This document shows positions 12,531-23,949 of a stretch of DNA of 64,000 nt, piece after piece. The number at the start of each line of letters is the position of its first letter. The first letter of the stretch is position 1. Source of the stretch: Mobula birostris (taxonomy: Eukaryota); the NCBI RefSeq assembly GCF_030028105.1, contig NC_092379.1, positions 20,003,309 through 20,067,308 of the forward strand, in the 5' to 3' direction. A model generated the notes under the pieces. That model did not search any database. It worked only from the letters and a program-made list of their open reading frames with translations, and was not told the origin of the DNA. The position numbers and the translations under genes are program-made.

Positions 12531-13793
12531 ACTACCATGACCCAATAGATGAGGAAAGAACAAATGGGAACAGAAAGAGAGAAACCTTATGGTCTTATGG
12601 AAGGTGGAGCAGGACTAAACAGAGGAAATTCATGAGACATAATTTCCCACTCACAGAGCCTTATTCACTAATCCTAATCAACCCCAGTTTTTTGACATAG
12701 CTCTTAACCCTCAGCACTCCTCCATTAAGACCATAAGATAGAGGAGCAGAATTAGGCCATTTGGCCCATCAAGTCTGTTCTGCCATTTCATCATGGCTGA
12801 TCCATTTTCCCCCTCAGCCCCAATCTCCTGGCTGCTACCCATATCCCTTCATACCCTGATTAATTAAGAATCTATCAACCTCTGCCTTGAATATGTCTAG
12901 ACTTGGCATCCACAGCCGCCTGTGGCAGCGAATTCCACAGATTCTCTACACTCTGCTGAAAAAAATTCACCCTCATCTCCATTCTAAAAGGAGTTCCCTC
13001 TATTCTGAGCATGTGGCCTTCAGTCTTAGACTCTCCAGTCATGGGAAACATCCTCTCCACATCCACTCTTAACATGGCTTTTCAACATTTGATTGGTTTC
13101 AATAAGGTCACCCCTCATTCTTCTGAATTCCAGTGAGCACGTGAAATGCTCATCATGTGACGAGCCTTTCAATCCCAGAATCATTTTTGAGAATCTCCTT
13201 TGAACTCTCCACTATGTCAGCACATTTTTTCTCAGATAAGGGGCCCAAAATTGCTCACAGTACTCCATTAGGCCTCACCAGTGCTTTGTAAAGCCTCAAC
13301 ATTACATCCTTGCTTTTATCTTGTAGTCCTCTTCAAATGAATGCTGACATCACTTTTGCCTTCCTCACCACCGACTCAACCTGCAAATTAACCTTCAGGG
13401 AAGCCCACACAATGACTCCCAAGTTCATTTGCACCTCAGATTTTTGAATTTTCTGTCCATTTAGAAAATTGTCTGTCCTTTTATTTCTTCTACCAAAGTG
13501 CATGGCCACACAATTCTGAACATTGTATTCCATCTGCCAGTTCATTGCCCATTCTACCAATCTGGCTTCGTCCTTCTGTAGCCTCTCTACTTCCTCAAAA
13601 CTAACTGCCCCTCCACCCATCTTGTATCATGTGCAAACACATCGCAACAAAACCAACAATAGCATCATACAAGTCACTGACATGTTTCATTAAAAGAAGC
13701 GGTCCCACCACCAGTCATCAGCAGCCAATCAGAAAAGGGTCCCTTTATTCCTATTCTTTGCCTCGTGACGATCAGCCACTTTATCCATGCTAG

Positions 13794-14315
13794 CATAGGC
13801 CGCCTTAAGCATCTGGGGGTCCGTTTTTGAAGAGTTAATATGGGGTCCTACCCCCAGTTCCCAAAAAAAAGAAAGAAAAAAACGAATATTCAAGTTGGTT
13901 TGCATCAATAATGGTATAATTTCGGACTTAAACGTTGATGCATTATATGCACTTTCAGCATAATGGACAAACAGCTCAACTTAATCCAAACAATTCTCTT
14001 AATTAAAAACTGAAACAATGACATTTTTTGCTTTGGAGTGAGAAGCTTCGCCCTTTTCAGCAACTAATCTGCATTGAATGGCACTATGTGTTAGGTATCA
14101 GCTGACATAAAAACAGATTAAACAATTTCCCTCTAATTAAATTAATAACAAAAGCAATGTCATATTTAATGAAAATTCACACTTAATTTATTCAATGAAC
14201 AGGGTCTGAAAGTTAACTACTGAAAGTTTACAAAAAACTGCGTCTCGCGCTCGTTCAGCACCATGGGCAGCTCACGTAAGGCCTGCAGAGTGAACAGGAG
14301 GAGAGAGAGTGAGAC

Positions 14316-14383
<68 letters not shown>

Positions 14384-17253
14384 CGATTTGTGGAAACGCT
14401 GCGTAATCGCCTATACACATTTTGAGTGAAATACGTGGTTTATTTTATTATTTTAATTATAAACTTTATTTCTGCTAAAAATGTGTTAAAAGACTTACCA
14501 CTAGAACTTCACCACCTTCCTGTGCTTGAGTGCTGAGAATGCTTTAATGAGCTCATCTTTGTCCAGCGATCTTGTTATTTCATGCTCAATTGATACCTGA
14601 GCAAGAGCTGACAGACGCTCCTGGAGCATGGTTGTCCTCAAATGCATTTTGATGAGCTTTAGCCTCAAAAAACTTCTCTCTCCACTCGCTACAGTCACAG
14701 GCACTGTCAGCATGAGTCTTAGAGCAATGGTGAGGTTAGGATACAGTTCAACCAGACTGTTGCTGTAAATGTAGCTCAGAATCTACAGGCCAGTGGTTTC
14801 TTTTGCAGGCACAGTACTGACAGCAGCCGACACCTCGCGCAAAAGGTCCTCAGCATCCACATCACCAAGTGTCCTCTCCATGTTTACGCAGCTGTCTTTC
14901 AGTGTGTGACTTTGGGTGGCTTTTTTTTTTCATTTCCTCTCTTCCATAAATGAAGCCAAACAGACTGTAAAATGATTCCATCAGCTTGAAGTGCTCACTA
15001 ATGCCTGTGATGGCAGAGTCCACTAGTGGAAGGAAAACTTCTCTCTTGTACCGTTCCTCGGGTGTCACTGTCAGGGAAGGATCTGCACTTTGGGACTTGT
15101 ACTAGAACTGGAGTTTTGGTTTTCTGATTCGAGCAGCAGGAAAGACCATTGGCATCCCTATCTCTTCAGCTATGTCTCTGGAATCTGTTTGGGCAGATGA
15201 AAGGCCGTTCTCTCTGTATTCCTTGAGAGATTTCAGAACATATTCCACCTCACGCTGTAGCACATTGATTCCCACTTGTGGGCTCTGGAGCAACTTGCTG
15301 ACACGATTCACCTCATGTAAAACATTGTACCAGATGATAACAGTCAGCAGGAATTTCCATGACATGATCTCTAATCTAGGCCTCTGGCTGCAGATGTGGT
15401 TTCACTGTCACCTTTCTGTGTGGCATGTTCAATCAGTGACAGGAGCGCATTGCCAACATCGGGAAGCTCCTAGCGCAGGACTTTCACACTTTCCATGCAG
15501 CACTCCCATCGCATATTGGATATGGCCTTGAGGGTCATCTGTGGCATATTCTCCTTGAAAAGCTTCCATCTCTGTGTCGATGAGCTGAATAGTGTGTATA
15601 GACGTGCAGCACCCCAAAGAAGCTCACAGACTCCACTGTTGATTTTGCAGCATCGACCATGACTAGGTTTAGACTGTGGCAGGCGAATGGCATGAACAGT
15701 GCTTTTTTGTTAATATCTAGCACCCTCTTCTGCACCCTGCTATTTTTCCCCTGCATATTGCTCCCGTTATCATATGCCTGCCCCCTGCACGTTGAGATAT
15801 CTAATCCTAACTTCTCCACATGCGTTAAGAAAATGTCGGCTAGGCCTGCACCTGTTGTGTCAAGCACTGGTAGGTAACCGACAAAATGCTCACTAACAAT
15901 AGCTCCGACATTTACCTGGCATGTGACAATGCGCAGTGTCACAGAGAGCTGCTCTATGTGTGCAGCGTCAGTGGTGCAGTCCATTGTCACCGAGTAGTAA
16001 TGTGTTTGTTTTACTCTCTCTGTTATCGCTTCCAGTGTCTTGTCTCCAATAAGTGTGATTAACTCATTTTGTATGGTTTTCCCCATGTAGTGGTCAGCAA
16101 TCTCTTTTTTCTCTGCTCGTCTGACATGTTCGCTCATCACTGGGTCGAACTCAGCAAGCAGCTCCACCAGACCTAGAAAGTTTCCATTATTTGGTTCATG
16201 TGGGGTGGAATTGTGGTCACGGAAAGCAAGGTTTCGTTCTGCAGGGTGACAGACTCTGGCAATGAACCTCTTCATGACATCATTCCAGTGTATTTTTTCC
16301 AGCATTTGCATTTCTTGGTATGTGTTGTCAATGGCACTGTGCGTTCTTAAGCGTGTTTCCAGCTCGTGCCAGCTATCCATGTTGGCACGGTGCACACTCT
16401 GAAAGCTCTGCAAGTGAGACTGTGATTTCCCTTGCCAAATAGGGTACAGCAGAAACAGAATGGTTTCTATGTATGGTTTCTCCATTTTTCATCTTCATAA
16501 GATATCTGTCCTTGGTAAAATGATGACATGATTGGCTCTATGGAAAGTTAATGTCCTCTAACTGAACGGGACCTCTCCTAACAATGTTGATCCGTTGGTC
16601 ACTGGTAATATGCATTGGCCAATGTGCCGGATCGGTCTCAGTGAATGTTAGTGGGGCTTCCTCTCTGTCTGTTGTGCTGGTAGCGGCATCTCCCTCACCT
16701 GTCTCAGTTGTAGGACTGTGGTGCTTGTTCGTCAAACAAAGTTTGGTCAGCATTATCACCATCTGTTTGAGTAGAATTGTTCTTCTCATTTTCATTGCTC
16801 TGATTATCAACATCTCCTGTACCGCTTACACTGTCACTTGTCTCTGCAGCCCCATGCTGTGACGATGGTGCAGCAACAACTGCAGTCGGCGGGTCTTTTA
16901 CAGATACTGGACCAAAGAAAGATGTAACTTTTGGGAGACTATTTAGACATTTTGTTTTGTTGTTTAATTTTTTCCATTTTTCAGCACCACTAGGATAGGA
17001 GCGTTTCATTTTCCTCTCATTGAAAAGTATCCTTCTTTGCTAGGAGCAATGTTTACAAGTGAAGTAAATATTTTAATATATTTTCTCAGATGTCAGTCAG
17101 CAAGTGTCCACTGGTGGTTCGGCTGGCAATAGCAGGAGAATATTGTGGCCTCTGGGAGCTGTGCATTAAATTTTTGCATGTCAGTCGGGGGCCTCTGGGA
17201 GGGTGGGGCCCGTTTGAGTTGAAACGGGTGAAACATAGCTAAGGCCGCCTATG
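13794..17253 (-). mobile_element. Near full-length hAT transposon (ZMYM1/THAP12-like transposase), frameshifted
   Basis: TIRs CATAGGCCGCCTTAAG / CATAGGCGGCCTTAG; 8-bp TSD CATGCTAG (13786-13793) / CATTCTAG (17254-17261). Transposase pieces run 17009 to 14501 with DCTTDAAHIEQL, CRGQAYDNGSNM, PFACHSLNL and the dimerisation motif VTVASGERSFLRLKLIK. Confidence 0.95.
14298..14380. repeat. Compound (GAGAGT)n/(GA)n microsatellite inside the hAT 3' region
   Basis: Directly visible. Confidence 0.95.
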
Positions 17254-18375
17254 CATTCTAGTGTCTTTCCTGTAGTACCATGGGCTCTTTACTTGTTATG
17301 CAGCCTCGTATGCAGCACCTTGTCAAATGCCTTCTGAAAATCCAAGCACACAAAATTCACCGATTCTCCTTTGTCTATTCTGCTTTATATTTTTTCAAAG
17401 AATTCCAACAAATTTCTGAGGCAAGGTTTTTCCTGAGAAAACCATGCTGACTGCAGCCTATTTTACTATATGGTTCTAAGTATCTGGAAACTACAACCTT
17501 AGCAATTGACTCCAATATCTTCCCAACCCCTGAGGTCAGAATAAGTGCCCTACTATTTCTTTTCTTCTGCATCTCTCCTTCTTGAAAAGTGGAGTGACAA
17601 TTACAATTTTCCAGTCTTCTGGAACCATTCCAGAATCTAATGATTCGTGAAAGATCATTAGTAATGCACCCACAATCCCTTCAGCCACCTCCTCCAGAAC
17701 CCTGGGGTGTGCAACATCTGGTCCAGGTGACTTACCTACCTTCAGACCTTTCAGTTTCTCAAGAACCTATTCCCTAGTAATGGCAGCATCTCCCACTTCT
17801 GCCCCTGACACTCTCGAAGTTCCACCATACTGCTAGTGTCTTCCACAGTGAAGACTGATGCAAAATACTTCTTCAGTTTGTCCACCATTTCCTCATTCCC
17901 TATTACTACCTCTCCAGCATTGTTTTCCAGTGGTCTGAGATCCACTCTTGCCTCCCTTTTACTTTTTATGTATCTGAAAAAACTTTTGGTATTTAATATT
18001 ATTAGCGATCTTACTTTTGTATTCCATCTTTTGCTTCTTTAAGACTTTTTTCATTACCTTCTGGTGGTTTTTAAAATCTTCCCAGTCTAACTTCCTACCA
18101 ATTTTTGCTCCATTATAGTAACTTCCTACTACATATTGGGTTTACCGGTCTATAGTTTCCGGCATTTTATGGGATCGGTTCCCATCAATGAGAGGGTTCC
18201 TTCATCCAGGTATAGCAGGCATTTGGACAAAGCCCCAGGATGAGATTCAAAGTAACAATTCTCAGTTCGTCTCTGTGGAAATGCCCCCAAATGCAGTAAT
18301 GTATGAAAATATACTTGGATCAGATTTTGGAGAGCCACGCATTCACAAGGTCAGGGAAATTCCCAGTGCCTGGAA

Positions 18376-19713
18376 CAGTGGTCCCCAACCAACGGGCCGC
18401 AAAGAACGTGCTACTGGACCATGAGGAAACGATAGGATTTGGCTATATGAGTCAGCTGCACCTTTCCTCATTCCCTGTCACGCACTGTTGAACTTGTACG
18501 CACGCGAGGTTATTACGCACGCGCCATCCATGTCAGCGCGGGAACAAGAGCAACTCCTCGAGCTTGCAAATGACGGCGGGCTGAAAAGTATGTTTGACAT
18601 AACATCTCTGCCGGCATTCTGGATCAAAGTCAAGGCCAAATATCCTGAGATAGCCACGAAAGCACTGAAAGCATTGCTTCCATTTCCAACATATCTCTGT
18701 GAAGCAGAGTTTTCTGCATGAATGCAACAAAAACTAATTTGCAGAATAGACTGGACATAAGGAACCCCCTTCGAGTATCGCTGTCTCCCATCAGCTCTCG
18801 ATGGGACCGTCTTGATGCAGGGAAACAAGCCCAGGGCTCCCACTGATTCAGCGATATTGGTGTGTTGCAATGATTTTATATGTTCATATGAGGAAAATAT
18901 GTGCTGTGCGTTTAATATCCAAATGTTACTTAAAATGTTATGATGCTATTGACTTATAATTGACTTATCACTATATTCATGCGAGGAAAATATGTGCTGT
19001 GTGTTTAATATTAAATTCGTTACATAAACCCTTTTAGAAACGAAATTGAGTGTATTAGCCACTTATAAGTGACTTATAGTTGACTTATCACCTATATTCC
19101 AGTCACGATTAACACCTCTCCCCCAGAGTTGCCAACTATCCTGTATTAGCCAGGACATCCTGTATATTGGGCTAAATTGGTTTGTCCCGTACAGGACTGT
19201 CCTTGTCCCGTATTTCCCCCACTAAGGTAGAGCGTTCCTATGAAACCTTTTGTACCAAAATGGCGTAAAGCGAAGAAGCAATTACCATAAATTTATATGG
19301 GAAAATTTTATGAGTGTTCCCAGACCCAAAAAATAACCTACCAAAACATACCAAATAACACATATAAAACCTAAAATAACACTAGCATATAGTAAAAGCA
19401 GGAATGATATGATAAATACACAGCCTATATCAAGTAGAAATAATGTATGTACAGTGTAGTTTCACTGAACAGAATCGCCAAAAATGATATGTAGGGAAAA
19501 AAAAAATCGGCATGTACATGCATGCGCACACAGGTGCCCGCGCAAAGATTCATGGTTCTCGTAGTCTTTCGCGGGGTAAACACAAGTGTCCCGTATTTGA
19601 CTGCTACTCTTGGTCGGTGGCAACCCTACCCCCCACCCCCCCCGTCGGCCGGTCCGCAAGAATATTGTCAATATTAAACCGGTCCGCAGTGCAAACAAGG
19701 TTGGGGACCTCTG
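18376..19713 (+). mobile_element. hAT-Charlie (SPIN/SCAND3-like) non-autonomous deletion derivative
   Basis: TIRs CAGTGGTCCCCAACC / CAGAGGTCCCCAACC; 8-bp TSD GCCTGGAA / GCCTAGAA. Retains the transposase C-terminus FWIKVKAKYPEIATKALKALLPFPTYLCEAEFS. Confidence 0.92.
19124..19628. mobile_element. MITE with (C/T)AG(A/G)GTTGCCA termini nested in the Charlie element; carries a Tigger-derived segment
   Basis: Termini CAGAGTTGCCAAC / reverse complement TAGGGTTGCCACC. About 19212-19445 is the reverse complement of the Tigger right end at about 11555-11790. Confidence 0.7.
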
Positions 19714-19997
19714 GCCTAGAAGACAGGGTGTAGAGCAGTAAGTGAGAAACATGGCCCAAATTTGGATATTAGTCCAGCAAACCAGCCTTCGAGGGTCTCT
19801 CCCTCTTGCTCTGCGATATCTCCCTCCTTGTCCTTCCCTGTTTTTATCCCTTCTTCTTCCCTCTTCCTCTCTTTCCTTCCACCGTGTCTAAGCTAATTTC
19901 AAACATTTAAAACTGCAATTTGCTGCCTCATTTCTCCCTCCCACACCATTGTGCATGGGGTCAAAAGCTGGCTCTGACAAGCTGCCTGCACTTTGTA

Positions 19998-20129
19998 NNN
20001 NNNNNNNNNNNNNNNNNNNNNNNNNNNNNNNNNNNNNNNNNNNNNNNNNNNNNNNNNNNNNNNNNNNNNNNNNNNNNNNNNNNNNNNNNNNNNNNNNNNN
20101 NNNNNNNNNNNNNNNNNNNNNNNNNNNNN
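19998..20129. other. Assembly gap (132 N)
   Basis: Run of N. Confidence 0.99.
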
Positions 20130-20185
20130 GCAGAAGACAAAGCTGTTACTGTGAGCAGTGAAGAGTGTAAAATATACTGGAGGAC

Positions 20186-20420
20186 AAGCAGCACGTACTC
20201 ACCGAAGGAAAGAAGGTGAGGGCAGGTCAGTGTCGGGAGCCGACATTCCCAGAGGGGAGCAGAGGCCAGTGATAAGGTAAGGTCCTCAGTTGTTGCACAT
20301 CCTGGATTTGCAGATGGCTGAAACGTGAGTGAGTGAGTCTGGTTGCTGAGCAACGGGTATTGTTAATTGGTTGCTGTGAAATACGCAAAGGTAGTTGCCA
20401 TGGTATCGCGCGCGCGGATG
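20186..20420. promoter_or_regulatory. Candidate CpG-retaining promoter with two RFX X-box-like palindromes and an inverted CCAAT box
   Basis: GTTGCTGAGCAAC (20342-20354), ATTGG (20366-20370), GTTGCCATGGTATC (20394-20407), (CG)5 (20407-20416). Minus-strand donor-like G|GTGAGTA near 20186-20193. Confidence 0.45.
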
Positions 20421-21099
20421 GTCAAACTGGAAAGAAGGAATAAAATGACAGAAGGGAGAAGTGTTTAATAATGCCGAAGACAGAGGAATCAGATGGAAAC
20501 TGTGTGTACGAGCTGGGGAAAGAGGTTTCACGACGAGGTAGATTGAGTGAATATGTTGGAGAATGGCAGAGAGTGTGAGTGAGACGGGTACGATAGCAAT
20601 CAGTTCGGACACACGCTGACACAAAGTTTAAGATACTGAGAATTTAATCGAGAAGCTGGGTTCGTACCGATGACAACGCAAGTTCACGGCAGCTGGGATG
20701 TTAAAGTCAGTTTATTAAACATGTAACTCTGGCTTTGAGAAATGGATTGGTGTCTAAACTCATGACTGATGTGATTTAGGGAAGTAAATCTGCTGACTTT
20801 ACCTGGTCTGGCATATATATGTCTCCAGGCTCTCTGTAATGTTTATTGACCTTTAAGTGCACTGTGAAATGGCTCAGTAATCCACCCAGTTCAAGAGCAG
20901 TTGGGACGGGAAAGAAATGTTGTTCTACTCACGTCTCATGAACGAATGAATAAAAGTCATCCACGGTTAAGTTGTATCATGACGGATCGATCACTGTATT
21001 GTTTTTAGATCGATCCAACGGGATTGGGATTGATTTTTAATTAAATTACAATGACATTATTTCAGTGCTAATAATATATCATGATTGTTTTACTGTTTA

Positions 21100-23945
21100 T
21101 TTTATGTAGTTACGTCACAATATTGTATTGAATTCTTTTCATGAAAATTCCACTGATAAGTTGTTTCTGTTTGTATAAAATTGCATGTGATAGAATTTCC
21201 TCAGATATGGAATTGGGAATGACTCTGTCAATAATTGTATTGGTCAGTCCTGCTTACTCATGCACTCCAGGTTATGGGCATGGGGAATCTCCACAGGATC
21301 TGGTCCCAAGTCATTACCTTTTCCTGCAATAACGTCCCCAGTATCTGATTCAGTGCCATGCCCCTTATGACTTGCTCTGTACTCCAGGTTATGGGCACAG
21401 GGAATCTCCTACAATCTGTGATTTTGGACGCAGTCTCTAAAATCTGCTCCGTATATATTTTTCCATATGACTGAACGTGGGCATTCCCTGAGATGTTGGG
21501 TTGGGAATCTGATTCTTGGATTCTTCCAAATAGCTGATTTTAAATTGTTTCTCATACATGGGAATCACAACCTTCCCTAAGATCAATCGTGTATTCCCAA
21601 GCTCTGTCGTATTCCCTCATGAACGATGTTGAGAATTAACCACAATTTCTGGTTTTGTAGAGTGGTATTTATCCCATTGTCTGGTCTTTCATAGTTTTCC
21701 CCAATGTCTATTCCTTGGGTATATTCCTTCAATATCTGGTCCTGTGTGCCTTCCTCCAATGTCTGTTTCTTGGACTTACTCTGCTCAAATCAGGTGCTGG
21801 CGCCTATCATCTAAATAGCTGTTCTGTTCTATTTTTGGTTTGCATTAATCTAGTACCCGTTTATGTTTTCTCTCCTGGTGTGTTTTACCCCAGTATCTGG
21901 TGTATTTTCCTGCATTGGCATATTTTCTCAAAATGTTCTCTCTTTGCTGAAATCACATTAGAACATGTACATGGTCGATCTCCAATTCTGTCACCTGTGC
22001 TTGTACCAACATCTCCACACTCTCTGATGGGGGATGCTGCAGGATGCACAAAGTTTCCTTCAGCTAAACACTGGGAAGACCAAAAGCTTTCATCCACACA
22101 GTGAGTTCTGTTCCAGGGCACTGATGCTGTTAAGTCACTTTTTCAGTGACCTGAGAACAGAAATTCAGGCTGACTTAGTTGTTCACTGTAGTACAGAGGG
22201 ACAGAGGTGCTGCCTTTCAGCTGAGACATTGAAGGGAGATTGTCTGTGCATTGGAGAAGCTCCTGTCCCCACAGCTTTATGGGACATGGAGTGCAGAGAA
22301 TTAGGATAATGTGTTGAAATATGGGATTGAGACACTCATTATGAAACATTCCCCCAATATCTGGATCTGGAATGTACAACAGGGTTCTGAGAAACCCTTC
22401 CAATGAGCCTCTGTGTTTTCCTGAATATCTTTCTCGGGGTGCAGCACCCCAGTGTTCCCACTGTGGGAAATCCCTCATGAACATGAGCAGTACGTGTGGG
22501 GCTACACTCATATATTACTGGCTGGGAATCTCTCCGATATTTGTCCCGGGATGCATTACCCACTTGTTGTACTTGGATGCAGGTGAAGTCACTGCAGTGA
22601 TGAGGGAACTAAGATGGGCTGAATGGCTTCCCTCAGTTTGAGCAACTCCAGTCACTTCATTTTCTCCTTTTCTTTGTTTTTAATTAATACAATTTCAAAT
22701 CATAACATAGACTCCACCAGAAAATTGAAAGGAAAGCTACAGGCAACGATTTCCACAACATTTGTTTTACAAAATATGACAGATCAAGATCCTGAGCCCA
22801 CACTCCCCCTCCCCATGTCACCTTCTTGCTCCATAATAATAATCCCCCTCCTCACTTCCCTCTTCTCTTTCAGTCCCCACGGTCAGTTCTGTTCCAGGGC
22901 ACTGATGCCATTAAGTCCCTTTTCAGTGACCTGAGAACAGAAATTCAGGCTGACTTGGCTGTTCAGTGTAGTACAGAGGGACAGAGGTGCTGCTTTTCAG
23001 CTGAGACATTGAAAGGAGAACATAAGAAAATTAGCTGTACATGTGGGGCTACACTCATATATTACAGGCTGGAAATCTCTCCGATATTTGTCCTGGGATG
23101 CATTACCCACTTGTTGTACTTGGAGGCAGGTGGGCTGAATGGCTACCCTCAGTCTTATCAACCCCAGTCACTTCGTTTTCTTTTTAATGAATACAATTTC
23201 AAATCATGACATAAACTCTAGTGGAAAACTGAAAGAAAAGTTACAGGCAATGATTTCCACAACATCTGATTTACAAAATATTTCACAGCAAGATCCTGAG
23301 CCCACACTTCACCACACTCCCCCTCCCCATGTAACCTTCTTGCTCCAAAACAGTAACCACTTCCTCAACTCCCTCTTCTCCATCACTAAACACACCCACA
23401 TTCCCCTGCTCCCCATTCCTAAGCCTTAACCCTGCCTTCCTCTCCCCTCCTGTAAACCCCCTCCAGTGTCACATATCCTGCCATTTTCCCAATGTATCAT
23501 CCACTGCTGTCCCTCCACCCACCTAATCGGCTCTGTGCCCCCATTTCCCATCTGGCATACCCGGTACATTTAGAGGTTTATTTTCTGAAATGAGCAGTTG
23601 CAATGCAGTAGCCTCGGATTGCCCAGTGAGTGAGATGGAGACTCCATTTCCAAACATCGCAGCCACACGGGGATCTCTTGACTGAATGTGGGGCGTGTGT
23701 CTGCTGGTCACTGCTGAACCTGAAATATAGACAGGAGAGTATGATATTGTGTGACAAAGTGCAGCACAGACATTAACCTGTGAGGACAGGTGAACTAAAT
23801 AACAGACGGTCTGTCCTCATTCCAGGAGATGGAACCCCATGACGAGGTGTCTGTCAGTATTCTCCAAGGTCACCTCAGAACAAGAATCTGAATACCAGTT
23901 CAAACCTTTAGGATGATCCATAGATGGGCTAATATTTTAGGTCTT
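21100..23945 (-). pseudogene. Unidentified non-TE gene-like relic, copy A (with internal partial duplication)
   Basis: No TE motifs. Paralogous to 40645-42945. Minus-strand acceptor at about 23722, protein-like repeats (xDIG, EIPxAHNLE), and AATAAA on minus at 21096-21101. Multiple stops and frameshifts; strand not certain. Confidence 0.5.
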
Positions 23946-23949
23946 AAGT

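Larger units (their letters stand above)
12725..18110 (-). mobile_element. CR1 LINE (RT half) split by the hAT insertion
   Basis: CR1 3' tail at 12725 and RT motifs WQMEYN, FFQQSVENLWNSLP. Sequence continues from 13793 to 17262 across the hAT. Confidence 0.88.
18120..19790 (+). pseudogene. Inverted, diverged fragment of the unidentified gene-like sequence (copy C), split by a hAT element
   Basis: After excising 18376-19721 it reads VMYENILGSDFGEPRIHKVREIPSAWKTGCRAVSEKHG. This resembles VIWENTYGADFGDCTQNHRL-EIPxAHNLECRAGHEGHG on the minus strand of copies A and B. Confidence 0.6.

Noticed and set aside
14501-17009. ZMYM1/FAM200/THAP12-like host gene
   Set aside because: Frameshifted and bounded by TIRs and an 8-bp TSD, so it is a transposon.
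22097-22135. CACAGTG as a V(D)J recombination signal
   Set aside because: No nonamer at 12- or 23-bp spacing, and no V/D/J segment recognised in the window.
23826-23892. Plus-strand EVSVSILQ as the start of an Ig C domain
   Set aside because: The frame stops within a few codons, has no Cys/Trp framework, and is on the opposite strand to the Ig gene.
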